A stretch of DNA of 124,000 bases from Wallemia ichthyophaga EXF-994. Lineage: Eukaryota > Fungi > Basidiomycota. Below the pieces are notes generated by a model, which was not told the DNA's origin, did not search any database, and saw only the letters and a list, made by a program, of their open reading frames with translations. Both the position numbers and the translations under genes were made by a program. The DNA is taken from contig NW_008806277.1 of assembly GCF_000400465.1 (NCBI RefSeq), forward strand, positions 144,001 through 268,000, read 5' to 3'. Of this stretch, positions 77,694-89,971 are shown piece by piece; position 1 is the first letter of the stretch; each line of letters opens with the position of its first letter.

Positions 77694-80132
77694 TAATTTT
77701 CCTACTGATGAATGCTTAATGTGACTTTAGTTCACACAAAGACCTCTTGTTACACTCTTCCTGTTGCTAAAATCTTAACTAACTCTTTCTTCAGACATGA
77801 AACATTAATGCCATCATGCATTAGGGGGTTCCTTACCTGAGAGATTTCTGTAACTCTTTAGTAGGGCTATCACTCCCTGAACCCCAATCGCGTTCGAAGT
77901 TGTAGAAGTAAGTTCGTACTTTTCGATCTTTTCTTTGTACGTGTTGTTTGGTACCAGTTCTTGGTATGATTACGATACGTGTACAAAAGTTATGAATTTC
78001 AAAATGTCATTTTCGTACGCCGTAAAATATATCGAAGGTATTCGACCTGACAAAATATAAAGTGGATACCGATTGATAGTTTCATTTAAATGAATTTTTA
78101 TTCGATAATAATTATAATTCTCATTGTATTCCAGGGAGCACAGCACGATATAGTACCCGTACTTTTCGTACAGTGAGATCGAAATGCGTACAAAGTTAAC
78201 GTCTACGGTATGAGTACAAAATTAAATAATCTGTATGAGTGCAACATTACAGAATGTTTATTAATTTGTACAATTCAATTAAAGCCAATGATGAGCTGCA
78301 CCAGAGTCGAACTTGCTTCACGTACGAAATTACGTTTAGTGATAGCACTACTGTTCAGTAGCACTGTATTGCAGTTCCCTAAACTCTTTGAAAATGCTTG
78401 TAAGGATTCTAAACGTAGTCTGTGTATCAATAAGAAGCTTCGATGTTTGAAGTCAATGCCTCGTCGAGATTACTTAGGGTGTAAAACTGCAGATTGCTGC
78501 GCCAAATAATTTACGTATTGGACTTAAAGTTCTAAGTTATTGATCTTCGTAATGTAATCTAATGCCTTGTCCCTTTCCTACTACCTATGAAGAGCAAAAC
78601 CCGGGTTTCACGTACAAATTTCGCTGTCAAGCCTGTGCTTTTTAAGTTACTGTGTTAACTGAGCTGTTCAACGAAGGTTAATGTATCTGCTGATTCGTCA
78701 GCTATAAGCTTGTATGCATGCGTAGCTTGTTCGCGCAAGTGGCGTCTTTTTTTTCTCTTGTTCCGATTTGTTTAAGCGTTCTTTGCGAGTGATATCACTA
78801 GGCGTGTCTGGAACTTTCTGCGTAATTTCGCCCAACAGTCTAATCCATGTAATCGAAACAAGTCTCAGATTTCTATTCGTATCGGGTTTCTTGCACGATT
78901 ATCCTCTGTTTATGAGAATAAAACATCAGGCCCAAAGCCATTCTCTTCTTCCCACTTTTCAGTTTACCTTAGCCTACAATTTTTAGTACTTTTTAACAAG
79001 TGCATGTCTGTAAGGTTCTAGGAAAGTCTTGACATGTTTTCAAGTTAACTCTCTTTTCTGTGCATGACTTGGTCTGGACATATTTTAGTAGCACGCTGCT
79101 GCTTTGGATGCTTTGAAGGTCTTACGTTAGTACCTATAGCTAGATATAGTATTACATTGATGGGTGGTGGGGACACATTTTAATGCAATGATTATTTCCT
79201 ACACCATGCTTTCTTCAGACATAGCACCCACTACTATAATTCATGTAATTCTTAAGTTTTTGTTGGTATCACTTAATGTTTTGATTCCATTACACAGAAA
79301 CGATTTAACAAATTGTCTAAGTTCCATATTGCTGTGTTGAGGAATTGCTTGTACAGCGATAAAACAGATAGAACAAATTTAATAAGTGAGATTAATCTGA
79401 AGTATGTCATGAGGAAAGGCGTGTTTGTACAGTAAATGTGAATTGTAGAACTCCATGCTTCAGTTTAGACTGGTGGAAGGGTAATATGAAGAAAGTTAGA
79501 CGTGAGGTGGCGCATGTGGAGTGCCAAAAGCCTAGCAGCAAGAGGAATACCATCCATCGTGCTTCTTTTTGTTACCGCGTCTTATAATATATTTTTGACT
79601 CTTGCTTAGTTTGTATAAAATACATCTCAACAATTTGCAGAATGTGTCGGGCCCAGCGGTGTTCCCTTCCGGTCGGTTTTCAGTACACCCTGACCTAATG
79701 CACGCATCTCAAAATGTGGTCTTTTGCTGATTCCTGATTTCAGAGAATGCAACAGGCGCAATCGGCTCTCACTTTTGGTCACGTTCTAGTTTTTCTAAGT
79801 ACCGGTTTCATGAATATCATGATAGATTACCTTTAGCGCAATCTTGGACGGCACAAACAAGCCTAAATGAGATAACTACCTTGATGACAACATAATGCAG
79901 AGAAAGATATGTTCAATATCAGTACTCTCATATTAATTCGCAACCTTTATGCTTGTCGTATCGAGACTGTTGAGCAATTGAATAGGCTTGAATTGAGATT
80001 TTATCTTATTTTATAAATTCGTTAGTAATTATGCGATGGGTGGGTGGGTGTAGCGATCAATACCAGCTGCGGACGGTCGTATAGTCTAGAAATTTTTTAG
80101 GATGAGACAATGAATCATATCTCGATAACTAT

Positions 80133-81235
80133 CTATTTAAAATAATCCGGTAATATGTAGGACAGTTTCTCTTTCGACTCCTTCGTGAATTTGTCTTTGG
80201 ATGTAACAATGCTAAATTGCATGGAGCCATTCTGGGAAGGAATCTTGTTGGCTGATATTGCATCATGAACATGTTGCAAAACATTTTGGGCCACGAATTT
80301 TGAGTTTTCAGCGTTAGTGGTTAAAGTTTTGATCACTTCAGCGACTGTTACAGGCTCTTCATTCATTCTCCATGCATCATAGTCTGTTGATGTGCAGATG
80401 AGCGAGTACCCTAATTCTGCCTCTTTAGCCAATTTGGCTTCAGGAATAACGGACATATTAATAATATCAGCTCCTAATTGTCTGTACATCCTAGATTCGG
80501 CACGAGTAGAGAACTGAGGACCCTCCATACAAACTAGTGTAGAGTCGCGATCACCATGGTTAGTATGCAGATTCAAACCTGATGGTAAAACTTGCTTGAC
80601 AAGTGGGGCAATAAAAGACGATAGCTCAGTAGTAAAGGGTTCACCAAACATAGCATGGGCAACTACTCCCTGATTCAATCCAAAGTAAGTATGCTGTCTA
80701 ATGGACTTTGTGCGATCGATGACCTGGTTCGGAATAATGAAGTCACCTGGCTTGATCTCCTCTCTGAGAGAACCCACAGCAGAAAAGGCAACAATGGCCT
80801 TAACGCCTACGTGTTTCAAAGCAGCAATGTTAGCTTGACCATTAACTTCAGATGGAGTAATGGAGTGATTGATGCCATGCCTAGCGATGAAAGCAATCTG
80901 AGCTCCTGACGGAAGAGCAAGAATCATTACATTTGAGCTTGGTCTACCCCAAGGCTAGGAGAGAAATAAGAAGGCTGGAGAAAGGAGAAGAAGAGACTAA
81001 CTGTTTGAACACCGACATCCTTGACATGCTTCAAACTGTCAAGCTTGTAGAATCCGCTGTAATCTTGGTTAGAAAATTATGGAGTATAACGGGACAAACC
81101 TTCCACCTGTAAGAGAAATGCTTGAGTACAGGCAGAAACATAAGCAGAAGTAGGGAATTACCAATAACACCAATTAAAGGATCTAAAATATGTAAGCTTA
81201 GCTTAGTTTCCAAACACCGCCAACTCACTCGTCAT
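80133..81235 (-). CDS. MEU1: S-methyl-5'-thioadenosine phosphorylase
   Basis: IGVIGGSGF (with a 7-nt exon), [49 protein letters not shown]. Confidence 0.95.
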
Positions 81236-81262
81236 CGTCGTTTTGATACGGTCACGCTCAGG

Positions 81263-82670
81263 ATGGATAAGAAAATAGATATTTCAACAGATAGCAAAAA
81301 TCAGAGTAAACTTTCGTCTGCAGGTGAGCAGCACCACAATAAACAATTTATAGCGACTAACTTATCTAAGGTCTATCCGTTGTAAGCTATTGTCTTGCGT
81401 CGATAGCGATGACAGTAAGTAGAGGTGTACCTCAATCACGGCCTTGTTGAAGCACATTGATATTAGGTAATAAACAGTAAGCTGGTTATCCTGTGTCTTC
81501 CTAACTGACCTTGGATAGAATATATTGTGTCTGGCAGAGGCTTTGACATGAATTTATTGTTATTAGCTATACAGTCTATAGTTTCGATATCATTAGTGTC
81601 TGGTTTGAAGTCGTTGAATGTCATCAACTTCCGAAACTTCAATTGGTCAGATACCAAGTCCTGGTTTCCAGTTAGCTTTCTTTTAGCTGTCGTCATTTAC
81701 ACCGGCTCCAAGTCACTGCAGCATCTTCAAATACCAGTTTATACCATTTTCAAGAACCTAACAATCATCCTCATTGCATACGGTGAAACTTTGTGGTTTG
81801 GCGGTTCGATCTCGAAGCTAACCTTCTTTTCATTTCTTTTGATGGTCCTATCTTCTCTGGTAGCTGCATCGGATGATATTGTCAGCGCCTTTTCACATGT
81901 CGAGTCACCTGGTTCGGCCAATGGATACTGCTGGATGCTTACAAATTGTCTCTCTAGCGCTGCATATGTGAGCATCCAGATTTCAACTCTGTATCAGCTG
82001 ACGGATGCCTTAAGGTCCTCTTGATGAGGAAGAGAATAAAAGTTACCGCTTTCAAAGATTGGGATTCAATGGCGTGGGTTTGAATGGAAACTGATTCATT
82101 GTTGCTAATAGTTTTAAGATACAATAACGCTCTCTCAGTTCCTTTGCTCGTATTTGCGTCGCTGGTCAAAGAAGACTGGTCGTTAGAGTCGCTAGAGAAA
82201 AATTTCCCACCTTCAAACAGACACTTATTGTTGTCGACGATAGTATTTTCTGGAGCAGCAGCAGTTAGTTAAGACTACGATCTACTTGAAGCGAGCTAAA
82301 AATATCTACAGGTAGGGATTAGTTATACAACAGCTTGGTGCGTGCGTACAACGTCCTCAACAACTTACTCGTTCGTGAAGCTTTTGACGTTTAACTTTTC
82401 TGATAAGTTGTATAGCATGGTAGGAGCATTGAACAAATTGCCAGTCGCGGCATCTGGGTTGATATTCTTGTGTGTTTTACGTTTTACAAGAAGGATAATA
82501 AGCTAACATAAACATTCAGTAACGATCCAGCTACACCGAAGTCCATATCAGCCATAGCGATTGGATTCGTTGCCGGGGTAATGTATACAATAGCGAAGCA
82601 AAATCAAACGAGGATAGGAGCGCAAAAGCAAAACAGTTATATACCTCTAACGAGCAATAACAACAAATAA
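81263..82670 (+). CDS. VRG4: Golgi GDP-mannose transporter
   Basis: [45 protein letters not shown]. Confidence 0.92.
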
Positions 82671-82796
82671 ATTGAAATAGCATCGATAAATTTTTTTTAA
82701 TGCACTTGAATAATTTCGCGGATTGAAGGCTGCCATTACAAAACCAAATAAAGTGAGTAGAGAGGATTGAAGAGTAATCATCTGACGAAAGTAAGG

Positions 82797-83394
82797 ATGT
82801 CAATTGAGGAAATCCAAGAAAACGTAGAGAACCTTAACTTCAGCGAACCAGGTCCTTCAAACGCAGCTACACAGAGTCGTGCAGAGAAGAAGGCCAGACA
82901 AGCGCTTCAAGGTCATGGATTGAAAAAGGTCCCAGGTGTCACCAGAGTCGTTCTCAGACGCTCACGTAATGTCATGCTCGTAGCATCGAACCCAGAAGTG
83001 CACACGGCACCAGGCTCAGGTATCCACATAGTGAGTTGCTGTCAAAATGAAGTAAAAAAAGATTACTGACGAGGATTAGGTCTTTGGTGAATTTAAGGTG
83101 GAAGACCCAAGCCAATTACAAGCCGCACAAGGAGAAGCTCCAGAAGGCCAAGACAAGTCAGAATCAAAGAAGCCAGAAGAGATCATGTCAGAAATGGACA
83201 CCCAAGCGGCAAACATTTCTGAAGCAAAGGGCAAAGACGTTGAAGACGAAGGAGAAGTAGATGAAACTGGCGTCGACGCTAAAGATATCGAGCTCGTTAC
83301 TGCACAAGTAGGCTGCACACGCGCTAAAGCAGTAAAGTCGCTCAAGGAGAAGAATGGGGATTTGATTAACGCCATAATGGCAGCCTCCGACTAA
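82797..83394 (+). CDS. EGD2: Nascent polypeptide-associated complex alpha subunit
   Basis: [19 protein letters not shown] (NAC domain); C-terminal [20 protein letters not shown]. Confidence 0.9.
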
Positions 83395-83576
83395 GGACAA
83401 AATTTTGACAGTACATATCGAAAAACAATGTTTATTTAGAAATAAATGAATTTAAAATAAAAAGAAGAGAGTGTGAATATTTGAATAGATATGCATTCCA
83501 AACTAAATAATTCAACATTCATAACTCCGTACTGACATGAGGCGGTCAGTGCTTGACGTTCTTGGACCAAATCATC

Positions 83577-84911
83577 ATGGTGCAATCCATCTCAGAAGCT
83601 GAATCTATTGGCATACTCAACCTGCCAAATCAGCGCCATAAGAGTAATTCCTTTCTCTGTGTCCGTCATGCCCAGCTAACGCTCTCTAGTTGGTTAGTTG
83701 CCAGGTCATCACGCTAACAAACCAATTAACTGTACCGTAGTCGCAAAGCGTGGTGGACATTTCACTATAATGGTCGTCGGTGAATCTGGCCTCGGAAAGG
83801 TTAGTAGAATTGTACGTGACACGCTTTTCTAATCACGACTATCAGTCTACACTCATCAACACACTCTTTTCCACTGAGCTTTCCGCTAAGAAGGATTACC
83901 GTCGCCGCCACGCCAAGCAGCTCGACAAAACTACTGAGATTGAGATTATCAAAGCGTACGTTTATTTATGTCTTAGATATGTCTCTGACGTGCTTTAGTG
84001 AATTGGAAGAGAAGCAATTTAAGGTTAAGCTCACTGTCATCGATACCCCTGGCTTCGGTGATTACGTTAACAACCGTGATAGCTGGTCTCCAATTATTGA
84101 TTTCATTGATGATCAGCATGAGTCTTATATGCGTCAAGAGCAACAGCCAAACCGTCAGGAAAAATCTGATATGAGGGTACACGCTTGTTTGTACTTTGTT
84201 CGTCCAACTGGCCACACACTTAAGCCACTGGACATCGAAATCATGAAGAGACTTGGTACGCGTGTCAACCTTGTTCCAGTAATCGCAAAGGCAGATACCC
84301 TTACTCAGGCTGATTTACAGTCATTTAAGAAGCGCATCTGGGAGGTCATTCACGCTCAAGGTATCAAGATATATCAACCACCTGTTGAATCTGACGATGA
84401 AGGCAACCAACAACACGTTCAAGACCTCATTGACTCTTTGCCATTCTCAATCATTGGCTCAACTGAGGATGTGAAGAATGGTGAAGGAAAGCTTGTGAAA
84501 GGAAGACAATACTTATGGGGTGTGGCTGAGGTTGAGAACGAGCAGCACTGTGACTTTAGAAAGTTAAGACAGCTCCTCGTTAGGACGCACATGCTTGATC
84601 TGATCAATACCACTGAAGAAACGCACTATGAGCACTACAGACAAGCACAAATGGAAACGAGGAAATTTGGAGAACCAAAACCAAAGAAGCTTGACAACCC
84701 AAAGTTCAAAGAAGAAGAGGAAGCTCTCAGAAAGAGATTTACTGAACAAGTTAAGTTGGAGGAAGGCAGATTTAGGCAGTGGGAGCATCACTTGATGGCT
84801 GAGAGAGACAGATTGAACAAGGATCTCGAAACTTCTCATGGACAAATCAAATCAATTGAGTCAGAGTTGGATGCAATACAAATTGGCTATGGCCGCTCAC
84901 AACGCCGTTAA
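83577..84911 (+). CDS. CDC12: Septin, Cdc12/AspC class
   Basis: NLPNQRHK.VAKRG, VVGESGLGK, IDTPGFGDYVNNRDSW, RQYLWG, C-terminal coiled coil. Confidence 0.9.
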
Positions 84912-85214
84912 CGATTGACTTGAATACCCATTTACACTGATGAACAATCAAGATGAATATAATTTTACATTTCTTAATAAATTTATAAGTAATACATGAT
85001 ATGGGTTTATGTTTAGTTTTCTTTGGGTTTTGGTATATCGCTGTGCCTGTCACGCTGATAGCAGTCTTAGCCCTATCTAGACAGAGGAATGGAGGGAAAA
85101 CTGTTAATAAATCACAATCAAATAAATTTAGATTTTAGTAATTAAACTGCTATAAAAAAAGTTACCCAATTCGACTCGCACTCTTTCGTCAGTACCACCA
85201 CCGAGCGAGCTAAA

Positions 85215-87910
85215 ATGGAGGAATAGTGAGTGTATCGGCTTGTGATTCTTATTCTAATAAATTCATAGTGCACCGCTTACACCAACATCAATCCCTTCGC
85301 CCACAACTTCCTCAAAGGAGTTATACAACTACGGCTTACAGTACCCTCCCACTCCCAAACAACACAAGTCAAATTGCTTGCCAGAATCCTCTAATCATGC
85401 TGCCACCTTAAATTCATCTAATCCACCTTTGTTGAAGCTCCTTGGTATTCCACAAACAGGTGCTAAATCTAGAGTCGAGACTCAAATCAAGATCATTCTC
85501 CAGCTTGAGAACATTCCCAATAATCAATGGAACTTTATCAGACTTCCCTATGGCTCAGCTTCGAAAAAGAGATCTAAGAGAGGTGCACCAATGCCTTACG
85601 ATGTACCTAGGCACAATACCCTCTATCTGGAAACCCAAGTCAACTGTGCAACTGCTCCTTATTGTCCCGTCTATGCTTGTTCTCCTTGCAAAGAACGTGA
85701 AAAGAAGCGTTTCCAGCGTAAACGTGATGCTAGAAGACGTCCAAGATCGAAATCTGATGATGAAGGTCAAGACGACGCTCTACTCAATTCCGCTCCCTTA
85801 CCCGTTAAAGATCAATGGGAGCGTAATAAGATTACACTCTTCAATTGTGGTGAACTTGTCCCTCTCAGTGAGGATATCGCTTATGAAGGTGCTCAACCAT
85901 TGCCAACCGCTGTTCTTCCAACGCGCGTCACTTGTTACTGTAGGCATCACCGTGAAAAGACCGGTTTTACAATAGGCTTTACCCTCAAGCAACACGATGG
86001 CAGCGTTGTTGCATCAAACAAATCACCACCGATTATGATCACGGATGATCACAAGACCTCAACAGGTAAAACGTCTAATTACGGTGAGCAAAGCTCAATC
86101 AAATGTCGCAACCCATTGAAATCTACAAGAGGTATCAAAGATGACGCTCTACTTGCTCAATCCGATACCAATGACAGAAAACCTTATACGAGAAATACTA
86201 GAAGGCAAAACTCACCTTTGGAGATAAATCTCGCCAATAGTTCTAGTCAATCATTCGTATCACCATCTGATTACTCAATGAAGAATGCCCTCAACACCAC
86301 TCCCTCAACAACCCCCAGTCCACCCAGGAGCATCAAAAAGTCTTTGATAGGAGACCTTGAAGGCTCAGCAGGCTTACCCAAAACCTTGGAAGAGTCTCTC
86401 GTCAAGTTTGAACATACTGATGAGCTCGAGACGTATTTGACGTCTAGCTTGAGTGTGCAATCACCTATACAGTTGAATGATTCAGCTAATACGTTAGATG
86501 AATCCAATTCGAAAGGCAACAATCCAACGTTTGATTCAGAAGTAGATAAATACATCGAAAGTTCTTGGGTGGATGATGGTATTAGCAGAAACGAAAGCAT
86601 TAATATATACAATGGTCCGAAAATTTCTAGAGTTGTACCATTTGAGGGACCTACAAGGGGTGGTACAGAGATTACAATCCTCGGTCAACACTTTCCCGAT
86701 GGGTTGACTGTATACTTCGGTTCAAATGCTGCATCTAGGGTCACGAGATGGGGAGAATGTACACTAGTATGTTTGTTGCCGCCTTCGTCCAAGCCTGGGA
86801 CTGTAAGCGTCTCATTAAGAGGATATAATACGAGCGATGAACAACATGGAGACAATCCATTGACTTTCACGTACATCGATGAATCGGATAAAGCTTTAGT
86901 TAGTCCCTTCTCTTTCACGTATTTCAAAGCTGACAATCACCTAGATGGAGCTCGCCTTAAAAGTTCTTGGTTACAATCTCACAGGTAAATATGAGGATGC
87001 AAGAAACGTTGCAATGAGAATCGTGGGAACCGAGAATGGCGAAGGGCAAGTGGATGATAAAGCAAGCAATACTTTGAGTGCCACCAACTTTGATCTTGAA
87101 GCATTCACAATTAATGCGCTACGATTGCTCGATTACAGACAGAACGTCGATAGTTTAAACCTTCTCAATAAACAAAGACAGACGATACTACATTTATCCT
87201 GTCAATTGTCAATGGTGGAACTGACTCAAAGCCTGATTGAATGTGGTGCAGATGTAAACGCAAGGGACATCAATGGATTCACACCGTTGCATTTCGCTTA
87301 CATCAGTAAATCTGAGAATTGCGCAAGAATGTTGTATAATAGCGGCGCAGATGTTGAGGTTGTAAACGCTTGCGGTATTTCTGCAAAGGAGCTTGGTGAA
87401 CTTACGTACTCGAATAAGCTCTCGATACAAGACAGTGAAGACGCTGATGACGAAATCAACTTCTCAAGCGCTGAGGACGACTCGTCATTAGATGATAGAG
87501 TAAGTAAAAGCAACTTACTGCAATCAAATGACAGAGGGACGATTAAAGATCTTGAAAAGAAGGATAATGAGGAAGAGATTGGCTACCAAGAGAAGGCACT
87601 TGAAGTGTTTTTAACAAATCTTAGTACAAAGCTAAGTGAAAAGACCGGTTGGAATCCCGCTGGCACCACATCTCGCTTTACTAAAGTGGAAATGGAAGCA
87701 AATGGAGAAAGTCTCGTCGATGAGGAGGATTGGTCAACGAGAGCAAAGAAAAGAGCGCAAAGCGTCGTTGAGGACGTCCGCCTAATGTTGTTTTGGGCAC
87801 CGGTGCTGCTTTTATCCTTGGTTTTCTCGTTCATCTCAATAGCACCGTTCATTAATAGGGTCGGTAACCAACTAGCACCACTACTAGGACTACAAGCAAA
87901 TTCTGAATAA
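85215..87910 (+). CDS. MGA2: Spt23/Mga2-like membrane-bound transcription factor (IPT/TIG + ankyrin + TM)
   Basis: GAKSRVETQIK, TCYCRHHREK, PIMITDDHK, IPT (PFEGPTRGGTEITILG), ankyrin repeats, C-terminal TM. Confidence 0.88.
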
Positions 87911-87995
87911 CTTTTCCTGAATTTAATCTGAACATTTTTGTTTTGTTTTTCTTATTTGTTGAATAATGATATATGTACTTTTGTCAAGGATCATC

Positions 87996-89971
87996 ATGAG
88001 AGTTGCTGTGGTTGGATCCGGTATCAGCGGGCTTAGTGCTACATGGGTTAGTTCTATCGGCTGTGACATGAATACAGATTAAATTTGGTATAAAGCTCCT
88101 TAATGAGTATAGTGACGTTGAAGAGGTACACATCTTCGAAGCCAACAACTACTTTGGAGGACACACGAAGTGAGTGCATCGAAAGACGTGTGAGTTTTAA
88201 TCATATTGTGGAATACAGTACCGTGGAATTCAGCAAAGGCGACAACGATAAGAGTGTTGATGTAGATACGTAAGCTTTGCCACAGTGAGGAAAACAAATC
88301 TAAAGCAGATCATCACAGGGGATTCATAGTATTTAAGTGAGAATAGTCACTTAACTTGGTTTCGTATAATAATGGTTGATAGTGAAGTGACGTATCCGAA
88401 TATGATCAAGATGTTAAACTTGAAGGGAGTCCCGATCATTGATTCCGATATGTCATTCTCAGTATCGAGGAACTCCGGCTCTTTTGAATGGTCAGGGTCA
88501 GGTTTGAATGGCTTATTTGCTCAAAAGTCAAACATCTTCAACCTTGATCATTATGCCATGATTTTGTAGGTCCGATGATTATCGATAGCCTTAATTTTGA
88601 CGTCATAAAAGTGATATAGTTCGATTCAATGCGCTGTCTTTGGACTTGCTAGATGAAAAAAACAGTATGTCCGATATTACGATCGGCGATTACCTTAGGA
88701 AGGAGAAGTATTCGGCAGCATTCATTAACAATTACCTCATAGTAAGCTTCTTTTCTCACAACATGCCATTCCCATTAAACATAATTCGTAGCCAATGAGT
88801 GCAGCTATTTGGAGCACACCACCTGATTCTGTAGCTTTAGATGTCGGTGGTGCTTTATCTCTCGTGCTTCCAAGCTAACGATTATCTTAGTTCCCAGCCA
88901 GTACTCTTATTAGATTCATGTTAGTGGCTTTTCAACGGTGAAATCAACTAAATGACGTCAACAGGCACAACCACCATTTACTTCAAATAGCGGACAGAAC
89001 ACAGTGGTTGACGATAAAAGGAGGATCGTAGGTTTGTTTTCATTGTTTTTCAAATAGTTTTAATTAAACGGTTAGTAAATACTACGTTAATGAGATCATC
89101 AAGAATATGAAGGAAGGAACAACACATTTGTCAACACCTATAAGTAGTCTCAGACGTCTACATAATGGGACAGTTGAGCTTTCAACCGCAAACGAAGATA
89201 CATGGTTTTTCGATCACGTCATTCTCGCTACACATGCTGATACTTCTATGTCAATTATCAATGAAGACTTGAGTGAAAAGGAAAAGGGTCTTTTGAGCAA
89301 CTTTAAGTTTTCTAGTAACGAGGCTGTACTTCATTACGATGAGAAGGTGTGCTAATTAGCTCACAGCATACACTTTAACCAAATACTCACAGCTCATGCC
89401 GACAAGAAGAGAAGCATGGACTAGCTGGAACTTTTTGAGCAATGCTGACGAGAAATCTAACGTTAATAATCAAGTTTCATTGTGAGTTGATACTTTTATA
89501 AAGAAATTAGACAATGACAACATTCCAAGAACGTATTGGATGAACTTATTACAAAGTTTGAGTGAAGAGAATTATGGAAATGTTCTAGTAACACTGAATC
89601 CACCACTCGAACCAAGAGAAGATTGTGTTATTGGTAGATGGAGCTATGAACACCCTTTGATAAGCGCTGATGCGGTTCAAGCTCAAGGTCCGATGAATGA
89701 AATACAAGGTAAAGATGGGTTAAGCTTCGCAGGTGCATGGTTGAAATATGGGTTCCATGAGGATGGCTTTATATCAGGTTATAATGCCGTAAAGACAATA
89801 AATGGCTTGACAGTAGCGGCACCATTTGATTTAATTTCACCTGAAAGACAGGTAGATCAGGTTAATGCACAAGTACGATTTATGCTCTACATACTGCAAT
89901 ATCTGAGAATGAACAAGGTGTTGATATCATTTGTAGTGATTATCGCGTCTGTTTACTTGTCAATTGATTAG
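87996..89971 (+). CDS. FAD-dependent amine-oxidase-family oxidoreductase; many short exons
   Basis: MRVAVVGSGISGLSATW, FGGHTN, DTGFIVFN, FDHVILATHAD, FAGAWLKYGFHEDG. Confidence 0.82.

Larger units (their letters stand above)
71576..80132. other. Gene-free AT-rich domain; candidate centromere region
   Basis: 8.5 kb without a recognisable gene (ORF track empty 71576-75777) in a window where intergenic gaps are usually tens to hundreds of bp; contains the large inverted repeat. Confidence 0.65.

Noticed and set aside
78760-79600. Degenerate protein-like reading frames in the right flank of the gene desert (possible retroelement relic)
   Set aside because: Many stops in all frames and no RT, integrase or gag motif recognisable by eye; a tBLASTx/RepeatMasker search would be needed.
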